This document shows positions 36,300 through 50,742 of a stretch of DNA of 64,000 nt, in pieces. The stretch is from positions 162,006,001 to 162,070,000 of the forward strand of contig NC_042998.1 in the NCBI RefSeq assembly GCF_006345805.1, read 5' to 3'. A model generated the notes under the pieces. That model was given only the letters and a program-made list of their open reading frames with translations. It was not told where the DNA came from and searched no databases. Position numbers and translations under genes: made by a program. Each line of letters opens with the position of its first letter. The first letter of the stretch is position 1. Source of the DNA: Octopus sinensis (taxonomy: Eukaryota).

Positions 36300-36720
36300 G
36301 CTTCCTCAGACATTTTTAACCTGCACGTACCATCAATCTTTGTAATGCATTAGTTGAGAGAGGTCTTCAGGGAGGCATCCATTGTCCCTGGTGAGTTGAT
36401 CAGCATACATTGTATTCAGACGACCATAGCTTGCTTGTGATCTCGTTACATCTCTTGGACATCTAAAGCTTGTGCTGGATTCATATGTAATTCCAACTTA
36501 CTCATTTTTTGCATTTAGGATAAGATCATTTCTCTGATGGTACCAGAGTTCTATCTTTTCTTCTGCTTACTGACACCTTAGTCTTAATTAAGTTGTAAAA
36601 GGCATTAATTAATTAGTTAAGTTTGCTCTAGGCTTTGTTTCCATATCTGGAATTTCTTCTCTAATTCTATGATAGATTCAACTACAAGAGTTAGATCATC
36701 AGCATATATCTCTTATATAA
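36300..36720 (-). pseudogene. LINE reverse-transcriptase fragment
   Basis: IYADDLTLVVES at ~36670-36710, followed by ..LIKTKV-like sequence; another decayed LINE piece lies at ~37500-38100. Confidence 0.65.
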
Positions 36721-39700
36721 AATCCGTTCTCTGTGTGTGTGTGTCTTCTAGGATCTCAGGCATCCTCCATCCAATTGCGCTCATATTTGATATGTAGATA
36801 CCGATGGTGTCAGGTCGTGTATAAGTCTTGAAAAAATTACAAAAATCGATTCCAGGTGAGAATGCGATCAATAAAGCCGTGGGAACGTACATTTGTAAAA
36901 TCTTCTTTCTTGGAATAGAAAAATAGTCTATCTTTATTTCTTCTTTTGCTGGTGTCTCAAATTTAGGTTAAATCAGTGTTTCTCAAAGGGAGGCCTATGG
37001 GACTGTTGGACAAGTTGTTTTAAGAAAATTTGGTTAAATGTTTGATAACTCAGCACTGTCCATTGGACGGGGGGCATTTTGCTCATAATTATATATGTGA
37101 ACAGCCAATTTTGAACTCTGTGATGGTCTGCAAGACTAAGATGAATAGGAAAGAACCTTTGTGGACTATGCCTTTATGCTGATTCATCACTGAACTCACT
37201 TTTGGTTCCCATTTTACTGACTGCACTTTTTACAAAGTTTGTATAAACCTCACAAGTCTGTCACCACTAGGTTTCCTTAATGATCACCAGATTATTTAGT
37301 ACTACAGTAGGAAGATGTAATTTGTGGTACTGCTTCCAGGCATGAAGCTAAACTGCATTCGTCTGAGTGAATTTTATTCCTGATTAGTTGTGCTATGATT
37401 CTTTCCATGATCTTCTTAACCTGGTCCAACAATTTGATGCTTCTATAATTTCCTCTTTTATAGCATCTCTTTCACTCTCAAACAAGTTTACTATGACAGT
37501 GCTATGCCAGTCATTGGATACAACCCCTTCCAGTATTACCTGCTCTTATATTAGTGTTACTAACATATATTCTACTTCACCAGATTATTTTAAACATCTC
37601 AATAACTATTCCTGACATTTTTGAACAGTTCAACGACTTTCTCTACCTTCCAATCCTCATATTGCAGAATATGTGCAAATCTCTTCTTTTCTACTTCTCC
37701 CCAAACTAATAATACTTAATGCCTTGCTCCCTCTCTTGCTACTATGTACTGCACTCTGTTTCCACCTTCTTTCTAGACTTCCAAGTCTCTTAGCTTTTAT
37801 AGCTCTATCATCAACATCGTCACCTCTCTAGCTGTGACTTACACCAACCACATACAGGATCTGTAGACCTCATGTGCAAGATCTGTTAGTGTAATGATCT
37901 GTAGCTCTTATCTTGCAAAAACACCCAACTATTATCCATGCTATAAGTCTCTACGTCCTCCTCCCTATTGTCTTGTGTGTCAACTAGAATTTCTTTAAAC
38001 CAATAATTGCAGAATCCTTTATATTCCATGTTTTTCCTTCTTCACATTATCTTTTCGCACTTCATCTGCCTAGCTCAAGAACATGTATACAATTCTAAAC
38101 ATCAAAATAGCTGTGTACTAAGTTAAGCAGTGTGGGTAGGCACAGCTTGTCTTTGCTGGATGTATAGTGACAATAGTGAAAGATTTGAATTTCAGTGATT
38201 CATTAAAAGCAAATAAGAGAATGTTTGCAAAACCAGATTAATGTCAGACTCTTGATCTTAGCCATACACAGTATGTTTTATAATTAGTAAAGTGACAAAA
38301 GAAAGCAGTCTTTTTATTTATAAATCTGCATCTTTAAGGTGATAGCAGACTCTCATGAATTGTAGCTATGGCATTGTTTAACAAAGAGAACTAAGTATTC
38401 TTTAGAATTTAGCATAACATATAACAACACAGAAGAGTCAGATGTGGGCATTATTCAGAGAAATCAATAGTAGAACTTGCTTCATTGCTATTTCTGTTGG
38501 GTTTTGATTTTGTTCTTTGATGGTTAATCATCCAGTTGAGAAAATAGTGTGTGTTATCTTTTCCATGTGTAGAGAAAACTGGTAATAGTTTTGTCTCATT
38601 GTACACTGGATGTTGCATTTCTGCCTAGCGACAAGAGTCAGAGATTTCTTTGCACTATCACTAAAGTTGCATGCACAGCTGACCAGAGTGCAGTTACTTG
38701 GACAAATGCCATTAGCTGGTCTGCCTATTTACCTTTTGCTTAATATTATGGCTTTGCTTTGTAGCAATGACTAGACCTCTTTCAGAATAAGTTCATGCCA
38801 CGTAAAATGAAAACCAGTTTTTCTGTTGAAGAATCATTCAAAGACAGTGAAGGACATTGTTTGCCAGCCTTTGCCACTAAAAACTATTGATTCTTATCGG
38901 ATCTCATGAAGACATCTGCGTTTCATAATGAATTTGTCTAGGACACTTAACTATATTTAATATTGACTAACAGATTGACTTGTATCTCAGCTCTGTTCTA
39001 CCCACACCCAGTACCTTTTTCTTTTCATCCCACTGTTGTCTTTGAGAACAACTGACTATAAGAAACTCTTTTGAATATGACTGGCAATTATCGAAGAATG
39101 CTTCTGATCTCTGCCAAGTCTCAGAACAGCATTTTGCTACTGGCCTGCTCACTGTTTTATTATATCAAAACTGTTTCTACCTCTCTTAGCAATTATATCT
39201 GATTGTCATTTTGTCTTCGTCTTTCAGAGGGAACATTCAAAGACTTTTGTCAACCGTCTGCCCAGAGTAATTGAGAATATAATAGAATTCTTTATTGTTT
39301 CTTTGCTGAATGTTCTTTTTATATTATTATTATTATTATTATTAAAGAGATAATAACATTTGTCATTTATGTTCTTTGATTTTCTATACTAAGTGTACAC
39401 AGATACATATGTACACATACATACATATGTATATGATACATACATGCACATATATATGTGTATATCTCTCTCTCTTATGTATATATACATATATATATAT
39501 TTATTTATTTATGATACATGTATATATATATATACATGTGTACATATGTGTATGTTCCACCGTGTGTGTATGTGTGTATATATATATGTATATCATATGC
39601 ATATTGTGCATGTGTGAGAATGCATATGTCTATGTGTACATGAATATAGTATTGTAGTTATTGGAAAGATGATTATCAGTTACAATAAGTCAGCAGATGG

Positions 39701-39798
39701 GTGGAGTCGACGTCAGTGTGGTAAGCAATAGAATGATGCAAAAGTTAGCTGTTAATGTTTTGCAGATGCATTTTGTTTATAATAGTTGCTTATTTGTT

Positions 39799-39833
<35 letters not shown>

Positions 39834-41439
39834 ATGTATGTATGTATGTATGTATGCAATAAAGACAAAACAATTAAGAAACATATTTCTTTTTAATTTC
39901 TGAAACATTGAATTCAGATATTAAACTTCAATCAGGAGGAAAAAAATATTAGAAAAAAAAATACCTGTAATCTTTAAAATTAGAAAGACATAAAAGTTGA
40001 ATCTAACTATTTCAAGTTCATCTAAGTTATTGATTTATATATATATATTTTTTAAAATCCAATTATTTTATAATGAAAGTCTGTATTAAAACTTCCTCAA
40101 ATCCATCCAAGTCAAACTATTTCCTTCTGTCACTTTCAATTTTATAATTGAATGAAAAATGTTTGATTTTATGAAATTTATTTCTTTGATAAATTAATAA
40201 AAAGAAAACTGGAATATTTTAAAGGTTTACTTGGTAAAGAAGCTTTAAACCGATGTCATTCAATAAAATATGTAAATATATATATTTTTGTCTTCTGATC
40301 TTAGCTTTCCATTTTGGAAACCCTTAGATATATGTTACAGTTGTTTTATTATTGTTTGACATCTTAATATACTTTACACACTGTCCTTTGTTTTATATTG
40401 CTCAGCATTGTGATAATAATGGGTTTTCTGTGTACTGTTACATTATGCCTTATATCAGTGTGCTGAATATAGGATTGGTATATTTTGGAGTTGGTGGTGA
40501 TACAACATTTTATTGTGATAGTATGGTAGTCTATTATGTTTTTGTTGGAATGAATTGTGTTGTTATTCTTTACTTAGTACAAATACCATAGACACAGAAA
40601 GGTAAGCTTTGTAGAATGGTAAACCTGTAATCTGGAATATATGTTCAGTTAATTAATTCAGTATCTATCTAGGTGGCAAATTGGCAGAATTATTAGCACT
40701 GCTTGGTGGCATTTTGTTTTTCTTTGTTCTGAGTTCAAATTTTGCAAAGGTTGACCATTCCTTTTTATCCTTTAAAGGTCAATGAAATAAGTACTTGTTG
40801 AACACTGGGGTCAGTGTAATCGACTTACCCCTCCTCCAAACTTGCTGGCCTTGTACCAAAATGTGAAACCAATGCATGTTTGGTGCTATTTTGTATTACA
40901 TATACAACAAGTATTCTCAGAAAAGTATTTACATCACAGCTTTCTTCTTTTGCTTTTCTGTTTACTCCAGATGAGATGTAGTTTTTTTTCCTTTCTTCTC
41001 TATTTGCTTTTTAGTTTAGTGGAATATGTTGTGCCTGAGCTTTCACAGACCCTCCAAGATGTGTGAAAACTACATGGTTTTTATTTCTCTTGAACAGTTT
41101 CAAGTCAACAACTGCAGAAAAACATGGCTCTGAAAGGACCAACACTCTAAAAATGGTGGAATAAATATAATAGTTAATGAAGGGAGTGTGGGTAAAAAGA
41201 AGATGAGAGAAAAATATGATGGGATCACTTAAGTGGTGGTGGTGGTATTATGTCAGCCATCCCTAAGAAGCAGGGGCCTTTGTAGTTGCTATCAAAATTA
41301 TATAGAGAGGGGACAACCTGTGGGTCAAAGGTTGGAGTGTGTTGGGAAGATGGAAGATGTTGATAAGTCTCATAATTTAAAGAGTTTGTGTATTTGTGTT
41401 TGTCAATAGTCAGTAAGTCATTTATCCTTTTATTTTTTT

Positions 41440-41765
41440 ACTTGTTTCACTCATTTGACTGTGGGCATGCTGGGGCACTGCCTTAAAGTACATATTCTTT
41501 CAGTGTCTTTAGCTGAACCATTAAGTTACAGGAACTTGAACACACCAACATTGATTCAATAAATGGTGGCGGGGTGGGACAAAAACACACAGACATAAAT
41601 ATATATATACGATGGGCTTCTTTCAGTTTCCAGCTACCAAATCCACTCACAAGGATTTGGTCAGCCCAAGGCTATAGCAGAAGAAACTTGCCTAAGTTGC
41701 CATGCAGTGGGACTGAACCTGGAACCATATGGTTGAGAAGCAAGTTTCTTACCACATAGCCATGC
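41440..41765 (-). mobile_element. SINE family A
   Basis: Reverse complement of 2785-3200. Confidence 0.8.
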
Positions 41766-42323
41766 ATTCATTAGGCTAACTTGCCTTAACATATTAAATC
41801 AAGGCAAAGTATTTAATTATGCCTTATTAACCCAAATTGTGCGACAAAAAATCATTTTGATTCCATTGCTACATAGAATATCATCAAACTGTTTAGGTAC
41901 CATCATTGCATATTTCAAACTCTGAGCCTTAGAAACAACTAGCATGCATGTGGTACCCTAACAGGAAAACAAACCAAATAATGTAGTTCATTTGAACACT
42001 ATTTTCTTTTACATAGCTCACTTAATACTTTCTTCTGTGTAATAGTGCACTAAGCTAAAATTGTCTCATGCTAGTAGCTGATTTATGTATTGTGTGGCTG
42101 CTACCTTCATGTTGGCATCAAATGTTAAACAAGTGTAGTACAGCATTTCTGTTCAGCTGTCTCTGTCATCTATCTGCCACAAAGGATTTTTAATCCAGTT
42201 CTCTTTCACCATCTTCTTCTATTCCATCACTACAACCACCACTCCATTTACATCGTTAATAATAATGACTTCATTTCTAAAATGCATTCTAATATTCCTT
42301 TTCATTTATGAAGTATTGCTTAC

Positions 42324-42426
42324 ATCAATGTCGTTTTGTTGCTGTCTCCTCATCCTAATATATTTAAGTAGATATTTTCTTTTCTTAGCATGGCATTTTG
42401 CTCCCACTCCTACACCTCTGCTCACA
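42324..42426 (-). CDS. Candidate exon (103 nt)
   Basis: Acceptor tctcttttattcag, donor GAT|gtaagc; one open frame VSRGVGVGAKCHAKKRKYLLKYIRMRRQQQNDID. Confidence 0.25.
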
Positions 42427-43059
42427 CTGAATAAAAGAGACAGTTTCTGATTTCCATCAACCAATTTCTTCGAAACACTCAACTTCATATATAACAGCAT
42501 TGCAGCACAATAAGGAAGCCACTCATTGGCTCTTCCCAGTCTCCTCTTTTGTTTTTTGTTTTTTTGTACTATTTGTTGTAAGCATAATGAGTATTGAAAA
42601 ACAAGGAAATTGTTCAGACATTTACCTCAATTTGATATTTTAGAATGCATAATATGAGCTGATCACATTTTGTATGCGTAAACATATTAATGCCTTAACT
42701 GTGCATGTGTGTGTGTACATAAATATGAAGTAGAATTAAATTTTGTATTAGCGAAGAGAATGTTATGCATATTCTTTTACTTGTTTCAATCATTTGGATG
42801 AGGCCATGCTGGAGCATTGCGTTGAAGAGTCTTAGCCAAATAAATTGACCTCAGGACATTTTTTTTAAAGCTTAGTATTCATTCTATCAGAGTCTTTTGT
42901 TGAACCACAAAAGGTTGATGTAATTGACTTAGATCCTCCCCCTGAACCTTGTGCCAAAATTTGAAACCAATATTTATAGCTTATTTGCTTCAAGATTCAC
43001 CGTTTGTAAAAAGAATTACTTTTAGCCTCATTTACTTCAAGTTCCACCATTACTCTTTT

Positions 43060-43450
43060 ACTCTTGTTGCAGTCATTTGACTGTGGCCATGCTGGAGCAC
43101 CACCTTTAGTTGAATAAATCGACCCCAAGACTTATTCTTTGTAAGCCTAGTACTTACACTATTGGTCTCTTTTGCCGAACAACTAAGTTACAGGGACGTA
43201 AACACACCAGCATCAGTTGTCAAGCAATGTTGGGGGGACAAACATAGATACACAAACACACATACACACACACACGTATATATATACAAATGCATATATA
43301 CAACAGGCTTCTTTTCAGTTTCTGTCTACCAAATCCACTCACAAGGCTTTGTTAGCCTGAGGCTTTAGTAGAAGACACTTGCCCAAGGTGAAACGCAGTG
43401 GGACTGAACCCGGAGCTATGTGGTTGGTAAGCAAACTACTTATCACATAG
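43060..43450 (-). mobile_element. Full-length SINE family A
   Basis: Reverse complement of 2785-3200, including the head. Confidence 0.85.
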
Positions 43451-44241
43451 CCACTCCTGCACCATTAAAAACTTTATATATATATATATATATATATACA
43501 TATGATGTGTGTGTTTATGCATATAGACGTTCATAGTTACAATTACACATTCATACACAAAAAGCACATATACATTCTCTTGCACACTATGGGCTCTGCA
43601 ATTGAAAGGATTTACACATTCAGTGTTGCACTTTCAGCCCTGTGCTTCTCATCATTTTTATCACCACCACCACCACCACCACCACCACCATCATCATAAT
43701 TGTCATCACTGTCATGGAGTTAAAATGGAACAACGAGGCCAACTTTCTTCCTGATCTTGTATTATTTCAATCTAAATGACTGAAATAGCACAAGCGATGT
43801 GAGCCAACTACTCCTCCTCTTGTCCATCTTGTTATTTCCAATGTCAGTGTATCACACATTTTTTTTCCCCTCGGCACTCTTTCGTTCACTCTCATCCCTT
43901 CACATGTCCTTAGCAGTGCAGCTGCCGGTTCTCTATACCTGATGTCTTTAATGGTTCAGCTACTATCGTCTCTGACCACTTGTTCATGCAAGTTAACATT
44001 GAACCTCAAACATAATATTACCAACATCCCTTCTCACTAGTCTCCACATATATTTCACATTTGCTGCCCTAATCTCTCAGCTATGACACATCACAAATTC
44101 ATACACAGTTTTACATAACTATATGTAATTGCATGAAAAACGAAGAGTCAAGTTTCACAGTATCACAGAAACTAGAACCTTAATTAGTTACATTTACACT
44201 TGGTGAATACCCACCTCTTCCTATACACACACACACACACA

Positions 44242-44298
<57 letters not shown>

Positions 44299-47200
44299 TG
44301 TGTATCTAAGTTTAGATTCCAATTCTAAAAGACCCCCTGCTCAATGTCAGCAATGTTCATTGCTTCTGTCAGTATCAGTATCTCAATGTTAAAGGTGTGG
44401 TCCCTTTATGTAACCCCTTCTTCTTTGATATGAACCAACAAGGGAGACTCTGTATGGCCACTTGACCTCTTAGAAATTCCATTGAAGCAGACTCCTCCTT
44501 CATAAAAACTGTCTGTCTGTCATTACAAGTGGTGAAATACTGCATTGTTAATTACAAATTTCCAATGGGACAGCCTCTGGTTCGCTTTAATTATGATGGT
44601 ATGACAGTGATAAGGAAGTGTCTCTAACTCAGTTCAGAACAAATATCACAAAGGATTTCATTTGAAAAATGTTTTTCAATGGTGTTTACATCCTTTAGCA
44701 ATGTACCTTGGTAAAAGATATGCACGCATGTGCACACACACATTTTCTACTTGTTTCATCCATTGAACTGTGGCTATGCTGGGCTTGAAGTATTTAGTTA
44801 ATCAAATAATGGACTCCAATACTTATTCTAGTAAATCTGGTACTTAGTTTAACTGTCTCTTTTGCCAAACTGCCAAGTCACAGGGACATAAACAAACAAG
44901 CACTGATTTTCAAGAGGTGTGTGTAAACATACACACACACACACACACATGCAATGAACTTCCCTACATTTTCCATCAACCAGCTTCCATTTTCAAGCTA
45001 TTCCTTGACCTAAGACTGACAGTTAACACTTGCTCAATGAGATGCACGATGGGATTGAACCTGGAACCATGAGGTTGTGAGAGTAATGTGCTAAATAAAA
45101 TACTCAGAATAATTGTCAATTAATTGAAGTTCACCTTCAATTTGGAGAAAGGCATATAATCTATGTGGTAATTGTTGGAAATGTTCAAAGAAAAGGGTAG
45201 ATAATTTTAAGAATTTAAGAATTTATTTCACGAAACAATTTATATAGTTAGCAGAAAATCTGGTTTTTGGTAAGGTGACAGCTAATTTTATGAAATCAAT
45301 CTTTGAAATCATAGTGTAACAATTACCGGTAATTTTTTTATTCTTCCTTTTCCTAACTAAGAGGTAAATTAATGAGAGTTTCTGTTTTTTTATACATCAC
45401 ACAATATAAAATCCCTTATTTGATTTATCTAAATTCAAATCCTTGGTGTATTTGAGTTATTTTCCATAGCTCGTTATAAGTTCTAATTGGTATTAGAAGC
45501 CATATTAGAAGAAATAGGCAAGATTTTAAATATCATGGTTTGAATGCATTTAATGGAAAGTCTCTTTAATGTGAGAAGATTTAGGCTGAACAACAACAAT
45601 ATTAACAACAACTCTCATTGTGAAATTGGAAGAAATTAAGTCTGTTCTTCTATGAAGTAGTTCACACAGGTTTTGTTCTCCTACAGAAATATACTCAACA
45701 ATATTAAAAGATATATTGCTTTGTTGAAGGCATTAATGAAGTAAAGGGGTTATTAACTCAGCAGCACTACAAGAGTCTATAATTTGCTGAAGAGGTCTAA
45801 TAAGACTAAAGCATATCATCTGAAATTGTCACTATGCTCCCAAGATCAAATCAAACCTATTCTCCACTACAGTGTCCTTTACACCTTTTAGCATGTCTCA
45901 GTCATTGCATTCTAGCCATACTGGGGCACCAACTTCAAGTGATCAAATGTTTCTGATATGCATTAGCTCATTCTCATTGCCTGTACAGGTGCACAGTGTG
46001 CCGTATGTCAGATGTGGAAAGGATCAGAGCCACATGGAATGAAAAGTTTTTGCTCAAGAACAATGCATTGCCCAATATTGAGATCATGATCTTGAAATTG
46101 TGAGTGCAACACCCTAACATCTAGGCCACTCATCTTCACATGACTATGTACCTTCACATACTCCTATTCTAATTTTAATTGGTGTTTAGATAAATTTTGG
46201 GGGTTGTTTCTCTCATGTTTCTTGATCATAATTAATCATGAAACTAATAATTCTTTCTTATCATATAAGAAATTTTAAGCTGGACCTTATTATATGAATT
46301 TTGTGTAGAGTACATCTCTGAATAAATTTGCTTAGTCTTTCTACTATACTTTTTAGTTAAGTTGAATAAATCCCATACGAAAGATAAATGCATCTGTGCT
46401 GAAGTGAATGCACTTACTACATCAGATAGGCATTTGTATACTTAGTCTGAGAACAGAACGCTACAAGTTCCCTGTGGTGTAAAGGTAGCATGTTTACCCC
46501 GTAAGCAAAAGTTGTGGTGTTATTTTTCACTTACAGATATTTATTTATTAAAGTGTACCATTTCATGATGTTTATACATAAAAAAATTTTGACATACATA
46601 TATATGGATGGATAGATAGGTAGGTAGATAGACAGATAGATAAATAGATGGCACACAGATACATTCACATTCACACACACACACACATACTATTACACTA
46701 ATAGTTACATGCATACATTAGTATACACATACATAAGTGAATGATACATTAACAGGAAAGGTTAAACTCAACTTCATGATGAGAACTGAATCACATAAGA
46801 AGAAAAAAAATAGGTGCTATTGTGTGTGTAGATACGAGTTTATGAGTGGTAATGTATACAAACTCTTATATACATATATGTACACAAACTCTTAAATTTA
46901 GATTGAGAATGAGATTAAGAGAGAGAAGATATTTTTTTTCTTTTCCTATGCTTCTTATTTGAGTCTGTTAAGTAGTGTGTTTATGTGGACTCTTTAGGAC
47001 AGCAGATACATAATATGGGACTGACATTGCTGGCATATCTTTTCTGATCTCATATCTGAAATAGGAGATTCCTGTCTTGGTTCTCTTCCATGTAAATTAG
47101 TCAATAAAATACATTAAAGCTTATGACTAAAAGTCAGTGCCAACTATGGTCCTAATACACTAAAATCAATCAGGTATTGAAAACATGTAAAGGAGAGTGA

Positions 47201-47993
47201 AATGTCATAGCATGTTGTTCTCTGTAGTTTCTTTTGCTTCGTGCATGTATGAAAGATTAGTGATGGAGTTACAAAAATCAGCAAAAAATACGTAAATAAA
47301 TAAAAATGGAAAGATTGAGAGAAGAGAAAGATATTTAGAGAGAGAGAGAGAGAAATGGGGTTATGTGGAGAGGGAGAGGAAAATAAAGAGAAAGATGAAG
47401 AATGAGGAGCAGGAGAATAGCAAACTGAATGTTAGAAAAAAGTGGAGTGTAAAGGAATGTGACAGGGAGAGGAAGGAGAAAATATTGGTAAAAAAAATAA
47501 GAAAAATTAGTAATGATGAATAAAAGTAAAAAATACCAAAGAAAGAATGAGAGAAGTAATATGGTAAGTAAGGAAAAGAAAAATGTAAATTATTATTCCT
47601 CTGAAGGTAGACAAAGGAAACGATATTACTCCTCTGCTCCTACATTAAGTCTGATAAAAAAAAAATTCAAGTTGAAATTGTGATAGCTTCTTATGTTTAT
47701 TTTTAAACAAATTATGACCAAAAAAAAATGTTATGTTGAACACTGGCTAAACTCTAGAAATAAGGAGTCTACAAGGAATATATAAGAGTATATATTTTTG
47801 TAATCCATTAACTTCTTCATCAAGCATTAAAGATAGATTTACTGATAGATTATGTTGCATCTTTAGACTGAAAGTTTACAATTGATGTGTATATATACAT
47901 AATAATATCTATAAAGACACTGAATGTAGCAGTCACCATTGTAAGGAAACAAACTACCAAATATTGAGAATTGAATAAATATATATATGAATG

Positions 47994-48040
<47 letters not shown>

Positions 48041-48073
48041 GTATGTATATGTACATACATGTGTACATGTATG

Positions 48074-48104
<31 letters not shown>

Positions 48105-48122
48105 GTGTATACATATATATAA

Positions 48123-48269
48123 ATTAATTGAATGAACAGGGAATCAGAATTATATCACTAACTTCAGCAGCTTACAGCTGTTTCTCTTATAAGAAGCAGT
48201 GCACTGCTTCTTATTCCAGAAACAGCTGTAAGCTAATGAATTTAGTTACATAGTTCTCATTCAATTAAT
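48123..48269. repeat. ~147-bp spacerless imperfect palindrome
   Basis: Centre aagaagcagtg|cactgcttctt; gcttacagctgtttct/agaaacagctgtaagc; outer attaattgaatga/tcattcaattaat. Confidence 0.85.
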
Positions 48270-48575
48270 CTGCTCTTTACATATCATATAGATTATTCTG
48301 AAGCATGTATAAGGATTTTAACAGAGTATTGCTATGTCTAAGTAAAATCATGAAATATGTACAGAAATACACACACACACACCTTTATCTAGTTTCATTT
48401 TTTCTTGTTTCTCTCATTGTACTGCAGCCATGATGAGCCACTGCCTTGGAAGGTCTTAGTTGAAAAAATGTTCCCAGTATTTATTGTTTTTAAGCTATGA
48501 AGATGTAAACAAACCAACACCCATTGTCATGCAGTGGTGGAGGGACAAATAAAGGTACACACACACACACACATA

Positions 48576-49803
48576 TTAGGTTGTCCAGAATGTTCTAAGT
48601 GTTTTTTAATATAACTAAGTGACCTTTCAATAAATTTTATTCAAGGAAATAATTTCCATTATTAATGACCTTTGCCCATCTATCAGGCAATTTAAATATT
48701 CCATCAGTATAAAATTTAACTGGTTTTGAAGAAAAATGTTATCTATATGCATTTTGACTCCATCTAAATCATTAAATGTTTTTCCTTGCAATAAGTTTTG
48801 TAGAGACAAAAACACAGTCAGATGGTACAATATCAGGAGAATATGGTGGATGGGGTATGAGATCCCAGCCAAGTTCATATAACTTTGTTTGGATAGCCAA
48901 AGATACATGTGGTCGGGCATCGTCTTGTTGGAACACTACTTCTTTCCTGTTGGCAATCTCCAACCTCAGTTCTTTGATATTCTTTGGTTCAAATTAACCA
49001 GCTGACAACAGTACACAATAGAATTAATGGTCTCGTTTTGTGAGAGAAGCTCATAATAAATAATGCCTTTATGATCCCAACAAACAAAAGAATAGCTTTT
49101 TTGGCATGGATATTCATCTTTGATTGCTATTTTGAGAGATCCTTATGCAAACACCAAGATCTTTTTGACAGTACACTTTTGTACAGAGTCCATTTTTCAT
49201 CTCCAGTCACAAGTTGTTTCAAAAAAGGTATGCTTTCATTCTGCTTCAAAAGTATATCATAAATGGAATACCAGTCCATGCAATTCTCTTCTGAGAGTTT
49301 GTGAGGGACCCATACATTATAGCGAGAAATGGATCCTAGCTTCACTAGGTGTTCATGAGCTGTACTTTTAGAAACTTCAAACTCTCTGCAAATTCTCTAT
49401 TGGTGATATTTGTGTTGTCTTTGATTTTTGCCTTCAAAACATCTTCATCCAATTTTGAAGGTCTTCCACTGTGACTGTCATCTTCCAAGCTAAACTCTAT
49501 CTTTGAACAGCATCATCACCATAAACTTTACAAATGTTTTTGCAAGTCTTTGCAACATTTTCTCATTTTTTAAAAAAGAAAAAAGCATTACAACACGAAT
49601 ATGAAATTTTTGGCTATCTATTTCAAATGTCAATAAAGGGTAGCTGGAATGAAAGATAACTCTATTTTTAGTCAGGAACAAAGAAGAGATGCACTGCCAC
49701 TTCAAGCAACACCAAAGTTTTAACTGTGTTACATTTCAGGTGTGTTCAATGAAGCATTAAAAGATTTAACTTAAAAACGCTCAGAACTTTCCAGACAACC
49801 TAA
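48576..49803 (-). mobile_element. Full-length decayed mariner element (1228 bp)
   Basis: TIRs ttaggttgtccagaatgttctaagtgttttt vs revcomp ttaggttgtctggaaagttctgagcgttttt; TA duplication at 48574-75 and 49804-05. Confidence 0.95.
48640..49630 (-). pseudogene. Mariner transposase (DDD triad), frameshifted
   Basis: HIRVVMLF; WVPHKL; VTGDEKW; QQDDARPH; HPPYSPDIVPSD. Confidence 0.95.
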
Positions 49804-50666
49804 TATATATCTGTGTGAGTGTCTTTATCTCTGTGCTTGTCCCCCCATCACTGCTTGACAACCAATGCTGGTGTGTTTATGTCCCTGTAAGCTAGTGGTT
49901 CAGCAAAAGAAACCAACAGAATAAGTAGTAGGCTACAAAAAGAAAGGCCTGGGGTCAATTTGTTTGACTAAAAAACCCTTCAAGGTGGTACCCCAGCATG
50001 GCCACAGACTGAAGCAAGTTAAAGAAAAAGATTTGTCAGACTGGTTTCTTCATCTTACTTACTATGTTTTGGCTGTGTACATTCCAGCCTTCTTCAGGTG
50101 TCTTATGATTCACCTTAGTGCCTTGCCTGGGATTGAACTCAAAACCACAAGGCGACTGTACTGCATTAACCCATGTCTTTATCCACTACATTATGCAGTA
50201 ACAGAGTAATGTAAACAGTGTATATAAAAAGACTAACGTTTCATTCTTTGTTAATTTTTCTGCTGAAATTTCTTGTAATCGTATTATTTATTTAGTATCG
50301 CTAAAGTCCATTAATACTTCATTACATATACATACAGTATATGTTCTTATCTGAAGATAAGGGCCAGCATCTCTCCTATTCCAGTCTCAACTTAGACTCC
50401 ATATTACATCATATAACAACAATTATGCACTTAGAAGGGACTTATGGCAACACTTATGGTGAAGTTTCATGATAAAATAGCCAGACACTTGACGCGTTTC
50501 ATGGTATGACATCCCAGATAAAATTTGGTCACTGATATTTTCAAATACCAACTATGGTTCCATCAAGAAGTCAATCTCCTGCCGTGTTTAGAACAAGCTC
50601 CTTAAGAGCCATCCACCAGTTTACTATTATTTTGTTAATTTTCTATTATCATTATCATTATTATTA

Positions 50667-50706
<40 letters not shown>

Positions 50707-50707
50707 G

Positions 50708-50742
<35 letters not shown>

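Noticed and set aside
38600-39200. Possible hAT transposase relic on the minus strand
   Set aside because: Only vague motif resemblance with many stops; no catalytic motif or TIR found.
46467-46518. tRNA-Thr(CGT)-like sequence
   Set aside because: A-box and anticodon arm only; no T-arm/B-box or acceptor closure, so at best a pseudogene or SINE head.
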